From a virus, in IMG/VR virus record IMGVR_UViG_3300048606_000091: a DNA stretch of 64,000 nucleotides. One strand, 5' to 3'. The number at the start of each line of letters is the position of its first letter. Positions within the stretch are counted from its first letter, which is position 1. A program made the translations under genes and the position numbers. The notes under the pieces are model-generated. The model had not been told where the DNA came from. It worked only from the letters and a program-made list of their open reading frames with translations, and did no database searches. Positions 52,622 to 62,713 of this stretch are shown here, piece after piece.

Positions 52622-53686
52622 TTAGTTAATCAGAGCTTGCTTGCTCGGTACATACTCATCCCGAGCAACCGCGAGCGCTGCCGTCATGCGGTCTTCCCAC
52701 GCCGCCAGCGTCTCCTGCGAACACCGTTCGATGGTGGCTCCCACGTCACTGAGCGGGGCAAGGTGGTTGAGCACCTCCGGCGGCAAGCCGGGGTTGTCCT
52801 CGCCCTTGCCAGCCGCCAGCGTCGCCCGAAGCTGCTCCATCGCCGCCGAGTATGACTTGCCAAACTCAGCCAACTTGCCCAGGTGCTCGTGTAACTGAGT
52901 CCGGGTCTCCGGGAACTGCTCCGCGAACGAGTGAAGCGAAGCCACCGCGCCACTCAGGTTGCTGTCTGCTGCCATTGCACTTCTCGCATTCTCTGTCATC
53001 TGTGGTCCCCATGCCTTAACAAGCGTGGAGACGTGTTTCTTCCGCTTACGGACAATTGTTTGACGTGGTTGCGGTTGCCACGTTGGAGAGTTTGTCTTCT
53101 TTGGATTGTGACGTGGTGTGGGCGGCCGGAACCCCACGTGCTGAACCTTGCCCACGCCCTGCTTCACCGAATACACCATGGTCAACGGGCCGTATTTCGT
53201 GTCACGATTACGAGCTTGCTGAATTCGATAGAACTCCTTTCGTTTGGCGAGCATGTCAATACGCCACTCTTCTTGACTATCGTAATTTTCTAGCTGGTCT
53301 AACTCATCGGACGTGATGATACCGTTCCGAAGATCACGACCATCTATAAACGAATGCGCAACACGAGCGATGCCATCCTTGCCACCAGCAATACGGTGGT
53401 GCTTGCCAAGAAACTTGCCGCGCTGCTTACGATGACGACTATTCGAAAACGCGAGCGGCGAAGGCGGTACCTTCGCGGCCACCCCAGCGGCGGCCGGTCC
53501 AGAAGCCTTGGTGGTAGCCACCGTGCGTCGAGCCGCACGAGCAACCTTGCGCGCGGTCTGCCGGTTCTTACGTCTGACCTTCTTGTTCTTCTTGTGGTTA
53601 GCCCAAATCTTCTTGCGCTTGGCCACAGTCTTGCGCTTGATGCCAGCCCACAGCTTTGACTTCTTAGGCGCCGCCTTCTTAGCCAT
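52622..53686 (-). CDS. highly basic protein with helical C-terminal domain
   Basis: K/R-rich N-terminus; located in the tra/spd block. Confidence 0.7.
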   Translation of the reverse strand: MAKKAAPKKSKLWAGIKRKTVAKRKKIWANHKKNKKVRRKNRQTARKVARAARRTVATTKASGPAAAGVAAKVPPSPLAFSNSRHRKQRGKFLGKHHRIAGGKDGIARVAHSFIDGRDLRNGIITSDELDQLENYDSQEEWRIDMLAKRKEFYRIQQARNRDTKYGPLTMVYSVKQGVGKVQHVGFRPPTPRHNPKKTNSPTWQPQPRQTIVRKRKKHVSTLVKAWGPQMTENARSAMAADSNLSGAVASLHSFAEQFPETRTQLHEHLGKLAEFGKSYSAAMEQLRATLAAGKGEDNPGLPPEVLNHLAPLSDVGATIERCSQETLAAWEDRMTAALAVARDEYVPSKQALIN

Positions 53687-54365
53687 CTACACTCACCTGC
53701 TTACGCTTCTGCTTCCATGTCGCCTTAGAGGTGCGTCCGTAATTGTCATTCACCTCATGGCCAGCTGCTCGGACTGCCTCGGTTAGCTCCGGACCTGTGG
53801 GCTCATCCCACCCCTTCGCGTAAGCCTCGTTCATCATCCGAGAGACAATCTCAAACGGCCTAACTGCTAATACCGTCTCGACCTTCAACTTTTTCACTGG
53901 AGAAGGAATTGGAGTGTCTATTACAACTGGAAGCTCAACAACAGAAGCTGGTACTTCAACTACAGGGAGTGCATCCTCAGTGGCGGCCAACTGGGCATGC
54001 GCGCGCAGGGTCACGCCCACCAGGTGGATCAGCAACCCGGCGATTAGCGGCGGCCAGACTCCGAGCGCGCCTGTCTGGTCATAGTTAATCTTCATAGATC
54101 CGGCCAATGCTGCTATACAGATCAGCGCGGCGTAGTTCCGTACGCGCAAAGGCAGGACCGTGGACAGCCAGATCGGAGTAGTCACGATGACCGTGCCGTC
54201 TAATGCGGCTACCAGCGTCCACGCCACGCCGCCCGGGACCTTGGGTCCCGCCGCGTGATGAAACGTAGCGAAGCCACTCCAGATGAGAGAGGCAACTATG
54301 ACCGCGATCAGCGGTACGACAGCACCGAAGATGCGTACCGCTCGCCTGGTCTTAATCGACGCCAT
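53679..54365 (-). CDS. Spd/DUF2637-like membrane protein
   Basis: four TM segments, ALDG motif, C-terminal small helical domain; GGAGG RBS before ATG 54365. Confidence 0.65.
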   Translation of the reverse strand: MASIKTRRAVRIFGAVVPLIAVIVASLIWSGFATFHHAAGPKVPGGVAWTLVAALDGTVIVTTPIWLSTVLPLRVRNYAALICIAALAGSMKINYDQTGALGVWPPLIAGLLIHLVGVTLRAHAQLAATEDALPVVEVPASVVELPVVIDTPIPSPVKKLKVETVLAVRPFEIVSRMMNEAYAKGWDEPTGPELTEAVRAAGHEVNDNYGRTSKATWKQKRKQVSVDG

Positions 54366-54507
54366 CGATTCAACCTCCCTCGTCAAGAGCAGAAAGCAGA
54401 AACATAACAGGCCAGCATGAAAACCACATAAACATCTGAAGATGTTCACCGAAATGGCGGACAGATCCCCCTGCACGACTATGAACCTCGACTGGTAAGG
54501 TACGATA

Positions 54508-54828
54508 GTGCCCCAGCCTGATGCCGCAAATCACCTGCAGGAATGCAATGAGCTGCAGGCACGGCTCACCCAGACAGCGCTCGAAGCGCACGCCGCGATA
54601 GAGCGCGTATCAGACTTGATCGAAAGATTGCACATCGCTTCTCATGCTGCAATTACACTGCACAGAGCTGCCGATGAGCTATCTACTCTGCGCGCGGAGA
54701 TAATCAGTCAGATCGCAGAAGACGAAGACTTGTCTTTGTCCAAGCTAGCTGCCCGCATTGGCGTCTCGAAGACCAGAGCGAACCAGCTACGGCAAGCCGG
54801 GGACCGCATCCGCCGGCTGCGCGCATAA
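54508..54828 (+). CDS. HTH DNA-binding protein, divergent from the transfer module
   Basis: LSLSKLAARIGVSKTRANQL; only convincing plus-strand gene; GGTAAGGT-N6-GTG. Confidence 0.75.
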   Translation: MPQPDAANHLQECNELQARLTQTALEAHAAIERVSDLIERLHIASHAAITLHRAADELSTLRAEIISQIAEDEDLSLSKLAARIGVSKTRANQLRQAGDRIRRLRA

Positions 54829-54829
54829 C

Positions 54830-54866
54830 AAAGCCCCCAGGCCGGGGGGGTTTGTCTGGGGGCTTT
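54830..54866. terminator. bidirectional terminator between convergent genes
   Basis: AAAGCCCCCAG/CTGGGGGCTTT inverted repeat. Confidence 0.75.
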
Positions 54867-54880
54867 GTCTGGTCGGGAGT

Positions 54881-55369
54881 TTAGAAGGTTGGATCCTCCA
54901 ACTCCTCCCCACGTGATATAACCACACGCGCCCCGTGTGGCCTAGCCATTGCCTCGCGTCGCTGAGTGAGACAGAGCATGCCCGGGGCTGCTGTACACAT
55001 CCGAACGGGACAGGACACAGCCAATACCTCGCTGGTGTAGTAACCGAGCGAGCCGAGTTGACGCAAAAGCTCCTGCACCGCCTCCTGCGGACACACATGT
55101 TTACGGTGCAGCTGAGGCTCAATCACCGAGGCTTCACCAGTACTAGAAATCAACAATGGAACTAGAACAGTGCTAGTATGTTCCTCTTCAACAATTGTTG
55201 GTTCTAATGGTGCATACCAGGTGGAACCATCAAGATTCTGGGTGCGGTTGTATGCCCACAACACCTTCGCCGCGCAAATCGGACAGCTGCCGTTGAACAG
55301 CGCCCGGTCCGGTACGGACTCGCGGGGAGCGGAACCCGGGATGGGGCGGGCACGGCGTACGGGAGGCAT
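54881..55369 (-). CDS. zinc-finger protein
   Basis: CPIC, HVC and CPVRMC...C...HGAR motifs. Confidence 0.7.
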   Translation of the reverse strand: MPPVRRARPIPGSAPRESVPDRALFNGSCPICAAKVLWAYNRTQNLDGSTWYAPLEPTIVEEEHTSTVLVPLLISSTGEASVIEPQLHRKHVCPQEAVQELLRQLGSLGYYTSEVLAVSCPVRMCTAAPGMLCLTQRREAMARPHGARVVISRGEELEDPTF

Positions 55370-55378
55370 AGGGAAGTT

Positions 55379-55828
55379 CTACCTCGCCACGCTGCCGGGA
55401 AGGTGATGGTTGTGGTCCAACGCCTCGGCGACGGCGCCCACCACGCCCCAGCGGCGCTCCAGGGACGCGGACGCGAGGGACCTGATGTAGGACTGGGAGA
55501 AGCCCAGCCGACCGCACGCCTGGGCGAGGGACTGGTCATCGCCCCAGCTGCCCAGATCGGTGATGCGCTCGGCTTGCGCCTCGGTCAGCCCGTGCTCGAT
55601 GAAGAACCGGACCTGGGCCAGGGAGCCGGCCGCGATGCCCACACACCAGCCACGCATGTTGTCTTCGATGTCACCTGGAATTACCAAACCGCGCGTCTCG
55701 AAGGTGAACAGACCGGACTTCCACACATCGATAGTCTCTACGTCGATGTCAGAATCCCACCACACCACCGCGTGAGCGGCTTCATGACAACGGATGCTGT
55801 CGAAGTAAAAGTCCTCACTGATCTCCAC
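55379..55828 (-). CDS. HExxH metallopeptidase-like protein (M41/M50B-like)
   Basis: RCHEAAHAV, GIAAGSLAQ; GGGTAGTAT-N6-GTG. Confidence 0.7.
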   Translation of the reverse strand: MEISEDFYFDSIRCHEAAHAVVWWDSDIDVETIDVWKSGLFTFETRGLVIPGDIEDNMRGWCVGIAAGSLAQVRFFIEHGLTEAQAERITDLGSWGDDQSLAQACGRLGFSQSYIRSLASASLERRWGVVGAVAEALDHNHHLPGSVAR

Positions 55829-55906
55829 GTACCAATACTACCCAGACAAACCAAAGGCACGGTCCTCACCATCACAGGACCGTGCCGTTGATCAGGAAAC
55901 TATCTC

Positions 55907-56278
55907 TCAGTGCCGACCACCACGGTGGTCGCAGAAGCGGTTGAACGCCCACTCAAACCCGGAGTCAAACCCGCGTGCGACACCATCCGCGTAGCCTCTG
56001 TCGAAGTCACCGCCGTTCTTGCGATTGTCGAAGCTGCGGTGTCGGTTCTCGCGGCGACACTGCTGGCGAGCCTCGCGCACCCCGTCCCCACGGCCGTCTG
56101 AGAAGCCCTTCCGGAAGCCACGCTGGTAATCCCGGGAGCCCCGGTCCGCGAGCACTCTCGTGCTCGCGGAGACATGTGCCGCCGGAACGACGGTTACCGC
56201 CGACGCTGTGGCTGGAACAACCAGTAGCGCGGCTGCCGCGACACCGGCAACTAGAAGGGAATTGAAGGCACTGCGCAT
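55907..56278 (-). CDS. secreted protein with Y/F-x-x-G-F repeats
   Basis: signal peptide; YQRGFRKGFSDG and FDRGYADG repeats. Confidence 0.7.
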   Translation of the reverse strand: MRSAFNSLLVAGVAAAALLVVPATASAVTVVPAAHVSASTRVLADRGSRDYQRGFRKGFSDGRGDGVREARQQCRRENRHRSFDNRKNGGDFDRGYADGVARGFDSGFEWAFNRFCDHRGGRH

Positions 56279-56375
56279 GAGTTTCTCCTATTCAACACGG
56301 GCAAAATAGCCGAGAATGATGTAGATCAAGTAACGTAACCACAACAACCACTCTCGGACTACTTATACCCAGACA

Positions 56376-56419
56376 CAACAAAGGGGTGATGATTGTCTAA
56401 ACTCATCGCCCCTTTGTTG
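56376..56419 (-). terminator. long hairpin, probable terminator
   Basis: 17-bp inverted repeat CAACAAAGGGGTGATGA/TCATCGCCCCTTTGTTG with one wobble. Confidence 0.65.
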
Positions 56420-56430
56420 GAATGCTGAAC

Positions 56431-56829
56431 TTACTCAGCCTCGGCCTCTTCGACCGGCTTCGCGTGGTCCTCGCCGAGGTACACCGCGTACACCCGGATG
56501 ACCTTGACGCCGTCGTCGCTGACCTCCGAGCGGCTCACCGCGTTGAAGGCACCGGCCGTGCCGATCTTCGACTTGAATGCGGCGACGCGGCCCTGCTTGA
56601 TCAGAGATGCTCGGCTGCTCGCCTTCGCCCGAACCTTCTTGCTCTCGGCCCGAACGACTTCCTTCTCTTCTTCCGTGGCGTTCGCTGGATACACTGGGAC
56701 TTCATGCTCCTCGATGATGGCCCAGTCGCCCTGCTTGGCTCGAAGTGCGTCAGCAATACTGGCCGCAGCGCCAGCCTGCTGACGACCCGCAGGGGTCTTC
56801 CACGTTAGTGAATCAGTTGGTGCTGTCAT
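56431..56829 (-). CDS. hypothetical protein
   Basis: GAGGAG RBS; GC-biased codon pattern. Confidence 0.75.
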   Translation of the reverse strand: MTAPTDSLTWKTPAGRQQAGAAASIADALRAKQGDWAIIEEHEVPVYPANATEEEKEVVRAESKKVRAKASSRASLIKQGRVAAFKSKIGTAGAFNAVSRSEVSDDGVKVIRVYAVYLGEDHAKPVEEAEAE

Positions 56830-56982
56830 AACTTTGTCTTACTCCTCAGTCATTTGCATTTAGTTTCGCGCGGATCCAGTTTGATCCCGTGGGTGTTATA
56901 CCCAAAGAAAGGGAATACCGCCCAACAACCTGATCTTAGCTCAACTAAGCCGACTAGTGTCAACGAAAACCGAACTTTATCG

Positions 56983-57300
56983 CTAGCGATGCACGCCACT
57001 AGCACACTCCGAACAGGCAATACTTCCCTGCGGGATCTCCTGTTCCTGGGCCAGAGCTAAATCCTCAGGAGTAAGCCAATTGGGGCAACGAACGCAACGT
57101 GTCACACCTATAGCTTTTTGTCCATGTCTTGCTTTCATGTGCTTGCAGAACTGTCCAGAAGGGCCGGCACGATGCTCAAAGGATGGACAAGTGCACCACT
57201 GCGGCATTCTGCCTAGCATGGTCACGACATACTCGTTATTGCCTGAACCCTTAACAAGTATACGAGTAATTCTCGTGTCAAAGATATTAATCTTAGGCAT
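56983..57300 (-). CDS. SWIM zinc-finger protein
   Basis: WCTCPSF...CKHM plus C-terminal CxxC pairs. Confidence 0.75.
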   Translation of the reverse strand: MPKINIFDTRITRILVKGSGNNEYVVTMLGRMPQWCTCPSFEHRAGPSGQFCKHMKARHGQKAIGVTRCVRCPNWLTPEDLALAQEQEIPQGSIACSECASGVHR

Positions 57301-57838
57301 GACTCTGCGCCTCCAGAAACTTCTTGCATGCCGAGAGCCAGGCATCCACATGATGCGGCTCGATGATCTGATCAGCCAGCTCCAGACAGCGGCCATAACC
57401 GGAGCCAAAGCGGTCGATAGACCGTGCGTCAGCCCACACCGCGAGCGCGGCCAGGGCACCCGGACGCAGCTGCTGCGGCGTTGGTTTGGCCAGCAGGGAG
57501 GACAACTCCTCGTCCTCGGACAACTCCAGCCCGGAGCGGGCGAGCACCATACGGGCGGCCTCAGGCAGCGTTAACGACCAGATCTGCGAGGCCAATCGGA
57601 CCGAGTCCCACTGCTGGGCACAGAGGTGGCAGAAGCCCTTACCATCCGAATAGATACGCATGTCTTTCTCGCCGGAGCGTTCCTGCGGGTGTGTGTCCTG
57701 AAACGGACACAGGCACTTGATGGACACACCTTCCGGTGGGGTGCCGGGGTTCGGAATGCCGAGCCAGTCCAGCACGTCACAGATCGGGACGCGGCGCGCG
57801 GCGCGATCGACAATGCTGCCTCGGTGCAATCGTCTCAT
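57293..57838 (-). CDS. CHC2 zinc-finger protein (DnaG primase N-terminal-like)
   Basis: CLCPFQDTH...GFCHLC; no TOPRIM domain seen. Confidence 0.75.
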   Translation of the reverse strand: MRRLHRGSIVDRAARRVPICDVLDWLGIPNPGTPPEGVSIKCLCPFQDTHPQERSGEKDMRIYSDGKGFCHLCAQQWDSVRLASQIWSLTLPEAARMVLARSGLELSEDEELSSLLAKPTPQQLRPGALAALAVWADARSIDRFGSGYGRCLELADQIIEPHHVDAWLSACKKFLEAQSHA

Positions 57839-58102
57839 GTCAATTCTTGAATTCACCAGTCAGTGCGTAATGCAAAGCCTGCTCGTGCGTAAAGCACGGG
57901 GTAGCCCGGTGGGAGGGCTTGCCAGAACGGGTGATCTTGAAGACCAGCCAGGGGCAGCGTCGATCCTCAGTACTGCCCCACCCCAAATCGCCCTTGCGGA
58001 TCTTCCGCACTAGGCATCTCTGTGCAGTCACACTTACTCCTACCAAAACACAGACAGGCCCCGGCAAGTATCACTCACCAGGGCCCGCGTGCCGAACGGA
58101 CA

Positions 58103-58561
58103 TTACTCGTCCTTCGAGTTGATTCCCACCGAAGCCAGGAACTCCTCGGCCGGAGCATCGCCGGCATCCTTCTTCTCCAGGAAGTCCACGGTCGACTGCA
58201 GCGCCTCGACGTTGAGCAGCAGCTGCGAAACCTGCTCCTCCAGAACCCGGACCCGCTCGGAGACCTCTCCGATCGAGGTGGAGTCCTCCGAGATCCAGCG
58301 AATCGTCTTCTTGTCATCACTGTAGGACGCCTTGCCGAATCGAACCATCCCGTTGATCGCCATCTTGGCGACGTTCTTGCGCCCCGACTTGAGCCGATCC
58401 TCCTCGGAGCGACCAGACGCCTTGGAGCCCATCTCCTGTGCCGCCCGCTCAGCGGTGACCACAGCGGCTCCAGCCGCAATGGCATCCGCCGTCAGGTGAT
58501 CCTCACCATCCGAGAGAAACTCCCGGATTGCCGTAGTCCACGGCTTCTCACTTTGTCCCAT
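58103..58561 (-). CDS. hypothetical protein with coiled-coil C-terminus
   Basis: ORF track; codon pattern. Confidence 0.7.
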   Translation of the reverse strand: MGQSEKPWTTAIREFLSDGEDHLTADAIAAGAAVVTAERAAQEMGSKASGRSEEDRLKSGRKNVAKMAINGMVRFGKASYSDDKKTIRWISEDSTSIGEVSERVRVLEEQVSQLLLNVEALQSTVDFLEKKDAGDAPAEEFLASVGINSKDE

Positions 58562-58610
58562 GATCCCTTGATCCCTTCGACTCAGCTACTGAGCAGCTGC
58601 TAATCATGTC

Positions 58611-59060
58611 CTACCCCGAAGCGGCGAGGTCTGTGTCAGAACCAGCCGCCAGCAGATGTCTGAGGTCCATGCGATGGGTCAACGGAGTCTCGCGCTGCAG
58701 CCTGCGCCGGTAGGCCCGCCCACGCCGCCCACCGAGCCTGCGATTCACGTGCCGCACGTGCCACCAGGACACGTCACTGAGTGGCTGTGGCGGGCAGATA
58801 CGGCACCGGTAGGGCTCGGTGTGCTCCCCGACGACCAGCAGCAGCTCCAACGACATCGCGGCAGCCGCCGGCTCCGAGGACAGTCGAATCTTGCGGCACT
58901 CGGGATCGGTGGGCTCGATCAGCTTACGGATGAGACTGCGCTCAAGAATCAATGCTTCTCGTAACTGTTCAATCTCTTCTTCTAGTTCCATAATTCTTTT
59001 GTCCGCAGCTACTAGATCTGGATTACCTATCCACTTACGAGCAAGATCCAACAGACTCAT
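58611..59060 (-). CDS. C2H2-type zinc-finger protein
   Basis: PYRCRIC...WWHVRH. Confidence 0.65.
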   Translation of the reverse strand: MSLLDLARKWIGNPDLVAADKRIMELEEEIEQLREALILERSLIRKLIEPTDPECRKIRLSSEPAAAAMSLELLLVVGEHTEPYRCRICPPQPLSDVSWWHVRHVNRRLGGRRGRAYRRRLQRETPLTHRMDLRHLLAAGSDTDLAASG

Positions 59061-59092
59061 GTTAATCCTACCCAGAGGGGAGCTGAGTGAAA

Positions 59093-60613
59093 TCAGATAG
59101 TGCTGAACAGCCCCGAGGCATCGCTATCTGACAACATGCCGTTGTTGTTCATGTCAAACGGATCTCCACCGTCACCGGCTCCCACCCGCTGCTGGAAATA
59201 GCTAGCCGCGTAGTCAACGGTCATGGGGATTCCGTGCTCACCGAGGAGTACCAGTCCATCTCGGTTCTTCAACACATTCAAGCGTAGACCGGCGAGCCGA
59301 CCGTCCCGAGCGCCATCCGGGGACAACGCCACCACCAGGTGCGCGGAGTTCACCGCCTCGGCTGTCTCGGCCAGGCCAGAGGTGTCCAGCATGCCTGTGC
59401 GGACCATCTCCTTCTGGCTCTCCCGGTTCAGCTGCCAGGGGGACACGGTGGGCACGCCCTCGCCCTTGTTGAAGTCCACCGAGAAATGGGCGGCGGCCTG
59501 CACCAGCGACGACAGCTCCTGGCGCTTATCGGCCAACCGACGCCCGGAGGCCATCAGCGCGATGTAATCGATGATCACCAAGTCTGGCTTACGCACCCGA
59601 GCGCGGGTGTTGATCTGCGCGGCCAGCGTCTCCATGGTCATCCCGTGGGGCATCTGGGCCACGAAGCATGAGCCCTCCGACTCGGTCGGACCCTGCGCTC
59701 CCCAGTCGATGGCCACCCGAGCCAGGAACGGGATGTGCTCGTCTTTCAGTGTGCCTCGGTCGATCTTCTGTGAGTCCAATCCGTAGGGGAGATCGAACTG
59801 CTCCCGAAGCTCCTCGAACTTCTCGTGCCGGGAATGGCGGGCGACCAGCCGGGCCCGCACGGTCACACGCACCGTTTCCGATGTCGCAAAGTAAACATGC
59901 AGTCCCTGCATCTGCGATGCATGATAGCCAAGATGCACTGCTAGCTGAGTCTTACCTAGACCTGATGGCGCTGCCACCATTATCAGACCCTTGCCAAGAC
60001 CGCCAGTTAGCTCATCGAAAGCTGGGATGCCAGACATAGGACGACGGGTCTTGTCTTCATTCTTGGCTTTGAGAAAGTCCTCGATGATGGCTCGACCTTC
60101 GATGAGCACATCGGCGGCCGGGGCATCCGAGACCTGCATCTCGGTGTTGATCTCCGAGAGCCGAGCGGACAACCACTCCCGAGCATCCACCGCGCCGGCC
60201 CACGTTCGACCGGGTTGGCCGTTGCGCCCCTCCTCGGTGATAGACCCGGAGAGGATCTCGGCGGAGTCCCGGAAGGCGATCTGGGTCAGGCGCCGCTCGT
60301 GCTGGCCCCGAAGCTCATGTGCGGCCCAGCGGGTCAGATCGGGAGCCACAGGCAGCGCGACCAGCGAGTCGTACAGCTCGCGGAGCAGGGCGGCGGAGCC
60401 GGTGTCCACGCTCTTGGCGGTGAACTGCTCCACGGCCTCCGGGCGCAACACACCCTGGCCCAAAGAACGGTATGTCAAAACAAGGTTGTACAGAGAACGC
60501 AGCGTGGGATCTGTAAAATAGTCCTCGTTGATTGACCGAGCTATGTCATCGATCAATACCACGTCATTGGTCAACAGGCCAGAGAGCACCTGCGCTGCCG
60601 CTTCTCGGGACAC
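59093..60613 (-). CDS. dnaB: replicative DnaB-like helicase
   Basis: AAPSGLGKT, TSET, VIIDYI, QLNRE, VLKNRDG; start set to GTG 60613 after GGAG. Confidence 0.88.
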   Translation of the reverse strand: MSREAAAQVLSGLLTNDVVLIDDIARSINEDYFTDPTLRSLYNLVLTYRSLGQGVLRPEAVEQFTAKSVDTGSAALLRELYDSLVALPVAPDLTRWAAHELRGQHERRLTQIAFRDSAEILSGSITEEGRNGQPGRTWAGAVDAREWLSARLSEINTEMQVSDAPAADVLIEGRAIIEDFLKAKNEDKTRRPMSGIPAFDELTGGLGKGLIMVAAPSGLGKTQLAVHLGYHASQMQGLHVYFATSETVRVTVRARLVARHSRHEKFEELREQFDLPYGLDSQKIDRGTLKDEHIPFLARVAIDWGAQGPTESEGSCFVAQMPHGMTMETLAAQINTRARVRKPDLVIIDYIALMASGRRLADKRQELSSLVQAAAHFSVDFNKGEGVPTVSPWQLNRESQKEMVRTGMLDTSGLAETAEAVNSAHLVVALSPDGARDGRLAGLRLNVLKNRDGLVLLGEHGIPMTVDYAASYFQQRVGAGDGGDPFDMNNNGMLSDSDASGLFSTI

Positions 60614-60718
60614 CTTACTCCATTCGAGCGAACTTCCAGATTCGGCGTGGGGTATCGAGGCAACCCACACATATGAGGGGAATGGAAGCTCATCCCCTAC
60701 AACCGCCGGGCCTGACTC

Positions 60719-61093
60719 CTACCCAGCGGTGAGATAAGGACTAGCCTCGTTACTGGTGTCTACACCGAAGTCAAAAGTGGGAATCCCTGACAGCCGCGCA
60801 TGGCGAGCACAATGCCCCGTGCCTGATGCCCACCCCAAAGCGAACGCCAGACACTTGTCAACGTTGAGTGAAATCATATACAAGTTACGTGGCTTTGGTC
60901 CGCCGTGCTGCCATGCGGGATACGACTCCACCGGACCAAACGGAGCCCACATCTGACCACCGAGTGTATCCAGTCCGTCCGCATCACCTTCGATGATGGT
61001 GTCACCCGGGAGGGCATGCTTCAACAGGGCCCTTGCCAGGGTGTGGACGTCCGTCCACTCACGCGAGCCGGTGAGAAGAATCCGCTGAGCCAT
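60719..61093 (-). CDS. SLOG family (DUF2493/YspA-like) protein
   Basis: ILLTGSREWTD, IIEGDADGLD, GPKPRN. Confidence 0.8.
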   Translation of the reverse strand: MAQRILLTGSREWTDVHTLARALLKHALPGDTIIEGDADGLDTLGGQMWAPFGPVESYPAWQHGGPKPRNLYMISLNVDKCLAFALGWASGTGHCARHARLSGIPTFDFGVDTSNEASPYLTAG

Positions 61094-61298
61094 ACCAGTT
61101 CCCTCGGCTAAACCGCACGCACTCCACGCCTATAAAACTGTCTTCATCTTTCAGCAACATCTCAGGCCACTCACCCAGGTACGCGGGAGTGAACTCGTCG
61201 CACGGGTCATTCTCCACCGTGCGGTGAACGCATGCGACACACCTATTGCAGATGAACAACTCACACGACGTGTATCCGCTGAATGGTCCTGACATCAC
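61059..61298 (-). CDS. small Cys-rich hypothetical protein
   Basis: CNRCVAC..C..C pattern. Confidence 0.55.
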   Translation of the reverse strand: MMSGPFSGYTSCELFICNRCVACVHRTVENDPCDEFTPAYLGEWPEMLLKDEDSFIGVECVRFSRGNWYGSADSSHRLA

Positions 61299-61304
61299 CG
61301 AGTC

Positions 61305-61499
61305 CTAGTCACTGAGTAATTCCATCAGGACAAGGATCACGAACAGCGCAGCGACCTCGAAAAACACCAGAGGCAGCAGGTTCATGTACCCGACAGGGAT
61401 CACGGCGTGCAGGATCTGCGCGTGCACCACACCGATGCTAATCATCTCGACCCAGGTCAGTAAGACGGTGAGGCCGAGGAACGAGAGGATGAATTTCAT
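61305..61499 (-). CDS. small membrane protein
   Basis: two hydrophobic segments. Confidence 0.65.
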   Translation of the reverse strand: MKFILSFLGLTVLLTWVEMISIGVVHAQILHAVIPVGYMNLLPLVFFEVAALFVILVLMELLSD

Positions 61500-61508
61500 G
61501 TCCGTGTA

Positions 61509-61721
61509 CTACCCTGAACGATTCTTGTCTCGATGATCTGTGTGTACGTCTAGGCTCAGCCTGAGCAACGTCACGAGCACCATGACGATGGTTCCCAAGA
61601 ACCAGCCGGCCCACCATGGAAAAGTAAGATCTGACACGTAAAGTACTAAATAAGAGATAGCAACTACACCAACGTATAAAGACAGCAATATCGTAATCCA
61701 AAAGAAAAGTGGATTACGCAT
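61509..61721 (-). CDS. small membrane protein
   Basis: two hydrophobic segments. Confidence 0.65.
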   Translation of the reverse strand: MRNPLFFWITILLSLYVGVVAISYLVLYVSDLTFPWWAGWFLGTIVMVLVTLLRLSLDVHTDHRDKNRSG

Positions 61722-61801
61722 GGTTGCCCTCTAAGTCGAATGACCTTAAGAAGGTCTACGACTTCCCATGCAAGTGTCATACCGCACAACATGATCAATG
61801 A

Positions 61802-61845
61802 CAGAGCTGAGGCTCCTAGCGTGGGGTCTGGGAGCCTCAGCTCTG
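61802..61845. terminator. long hairpin
   Basis: 15-bp inverted repeat CAGAGCTGAGGCTCC/GGAGCCTCAGCTCTG. Confidence 0.55.
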
Positions 61846-62022
61846 CCGGTAGGAGCGCCTAGTGGCTGGGGACACTCGTGACGCTCGTGAATGCCAGACG
61901 AACACGACCGGGTCACGACACCGACCGCGATCCGCCCTTACCTCACTCTTCGGACATGAACTGAGAGTGTCTTCACCCACAGGGACAACCCGAGCAACTA
62001 GCGCGGAAACGGTGCGTAACCA

Positions 62023-62421
62023 TCACCCGGACGCCACGCGCGGGGACAGCATGGGCAGGATGAGACCGGGGGATCCGTCCAGCCGGTCGCGCTTATCCAT
62101 GAACCACTGATTTGCCTCAGCGCGCGTCGGGAACAGTCCGACACCGAACGACACTTCTTCAGTAACGACTACTAACAAGATGAAGCCGTTAGCTTGGTCG
62201 TCTGAATCTGTATTCTGGTGATGCAACTTACCGGGTAGCTTCGGGGAGGCTGGCTCTGCGAGCTTGTCCACGGGGGAGAACAGCAACACTCCCACCGCAC
62301 GATTCAGATTTTGATCGATGAACGCTGACTTAGCTCGCCACCAGCCGAACGCCTCTACCTTGTCCTCAAACGGACCGTAGGCGTGAATGCCGGAGGGGGA
62401 GTCCCACACAAGGATGTACAC
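62023..62421 (-). CDS. hypothetical protein with internal duplication
   Basis: YGPF..K.EAFGWW and VGLFPTRAEANQWF halves; GGGTATGAC-N6-GTG. Confidence 0.65.
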   Translation of the reverse strand: MYILVWDSPSGIHAYGPFEDKVEAFGWWRAKSAFIDQNLNRAVGVLLFSPVDKLAEPASPKLPGKLHHQNTDSDDQANGFILLVVVTEEVSFGVGLFPTRAEANQWFMDKRDRLDGSPGLILPMLSPRVASG

Positions 62422-62428
62422 AAACGTG

Positions 62429-62713
62429 TCATACCCTACGGAGGTGCGGATTGTGCCGGTAGATCATGCCGAGCAACCAACCGCGTCCAGTCGGGGCGGC
62501 GCAGTGCACCCGTACTATCGGGGGCCAGTGCAGCACGTTCTCACACAGCCACTCCACGATCGGGCGGGTGGTGTCTGAGCCGCCCAGGTCATGGTCGAGA
62601 CTCATCTCCATGACCTGGGCGGACGACAGGACCGCGATAGCTGCGGAACTTGATGACGCCCACTGCCAAGTAGGGTCGGGTGGACGACGAATATCGTCTA
62701 CCCATAACCTCAC
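62429..62713 (-). CDS. cyclic-phosphate-processing receiver-like domain protein
   Basis: LWVDDIR, SLDHDLGG and VHC..P.G motifs. Confidence 0.8.
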   Translation of the reverse strand: MRLWVDDIRRPPDPTWQWASSSSAAIAVLSSAQVMEMSLDHDLGGSDTTRPIVEWLCENVLHWPPIVRVHCAAPTGRGWLLGMIYRHNPHLRRV

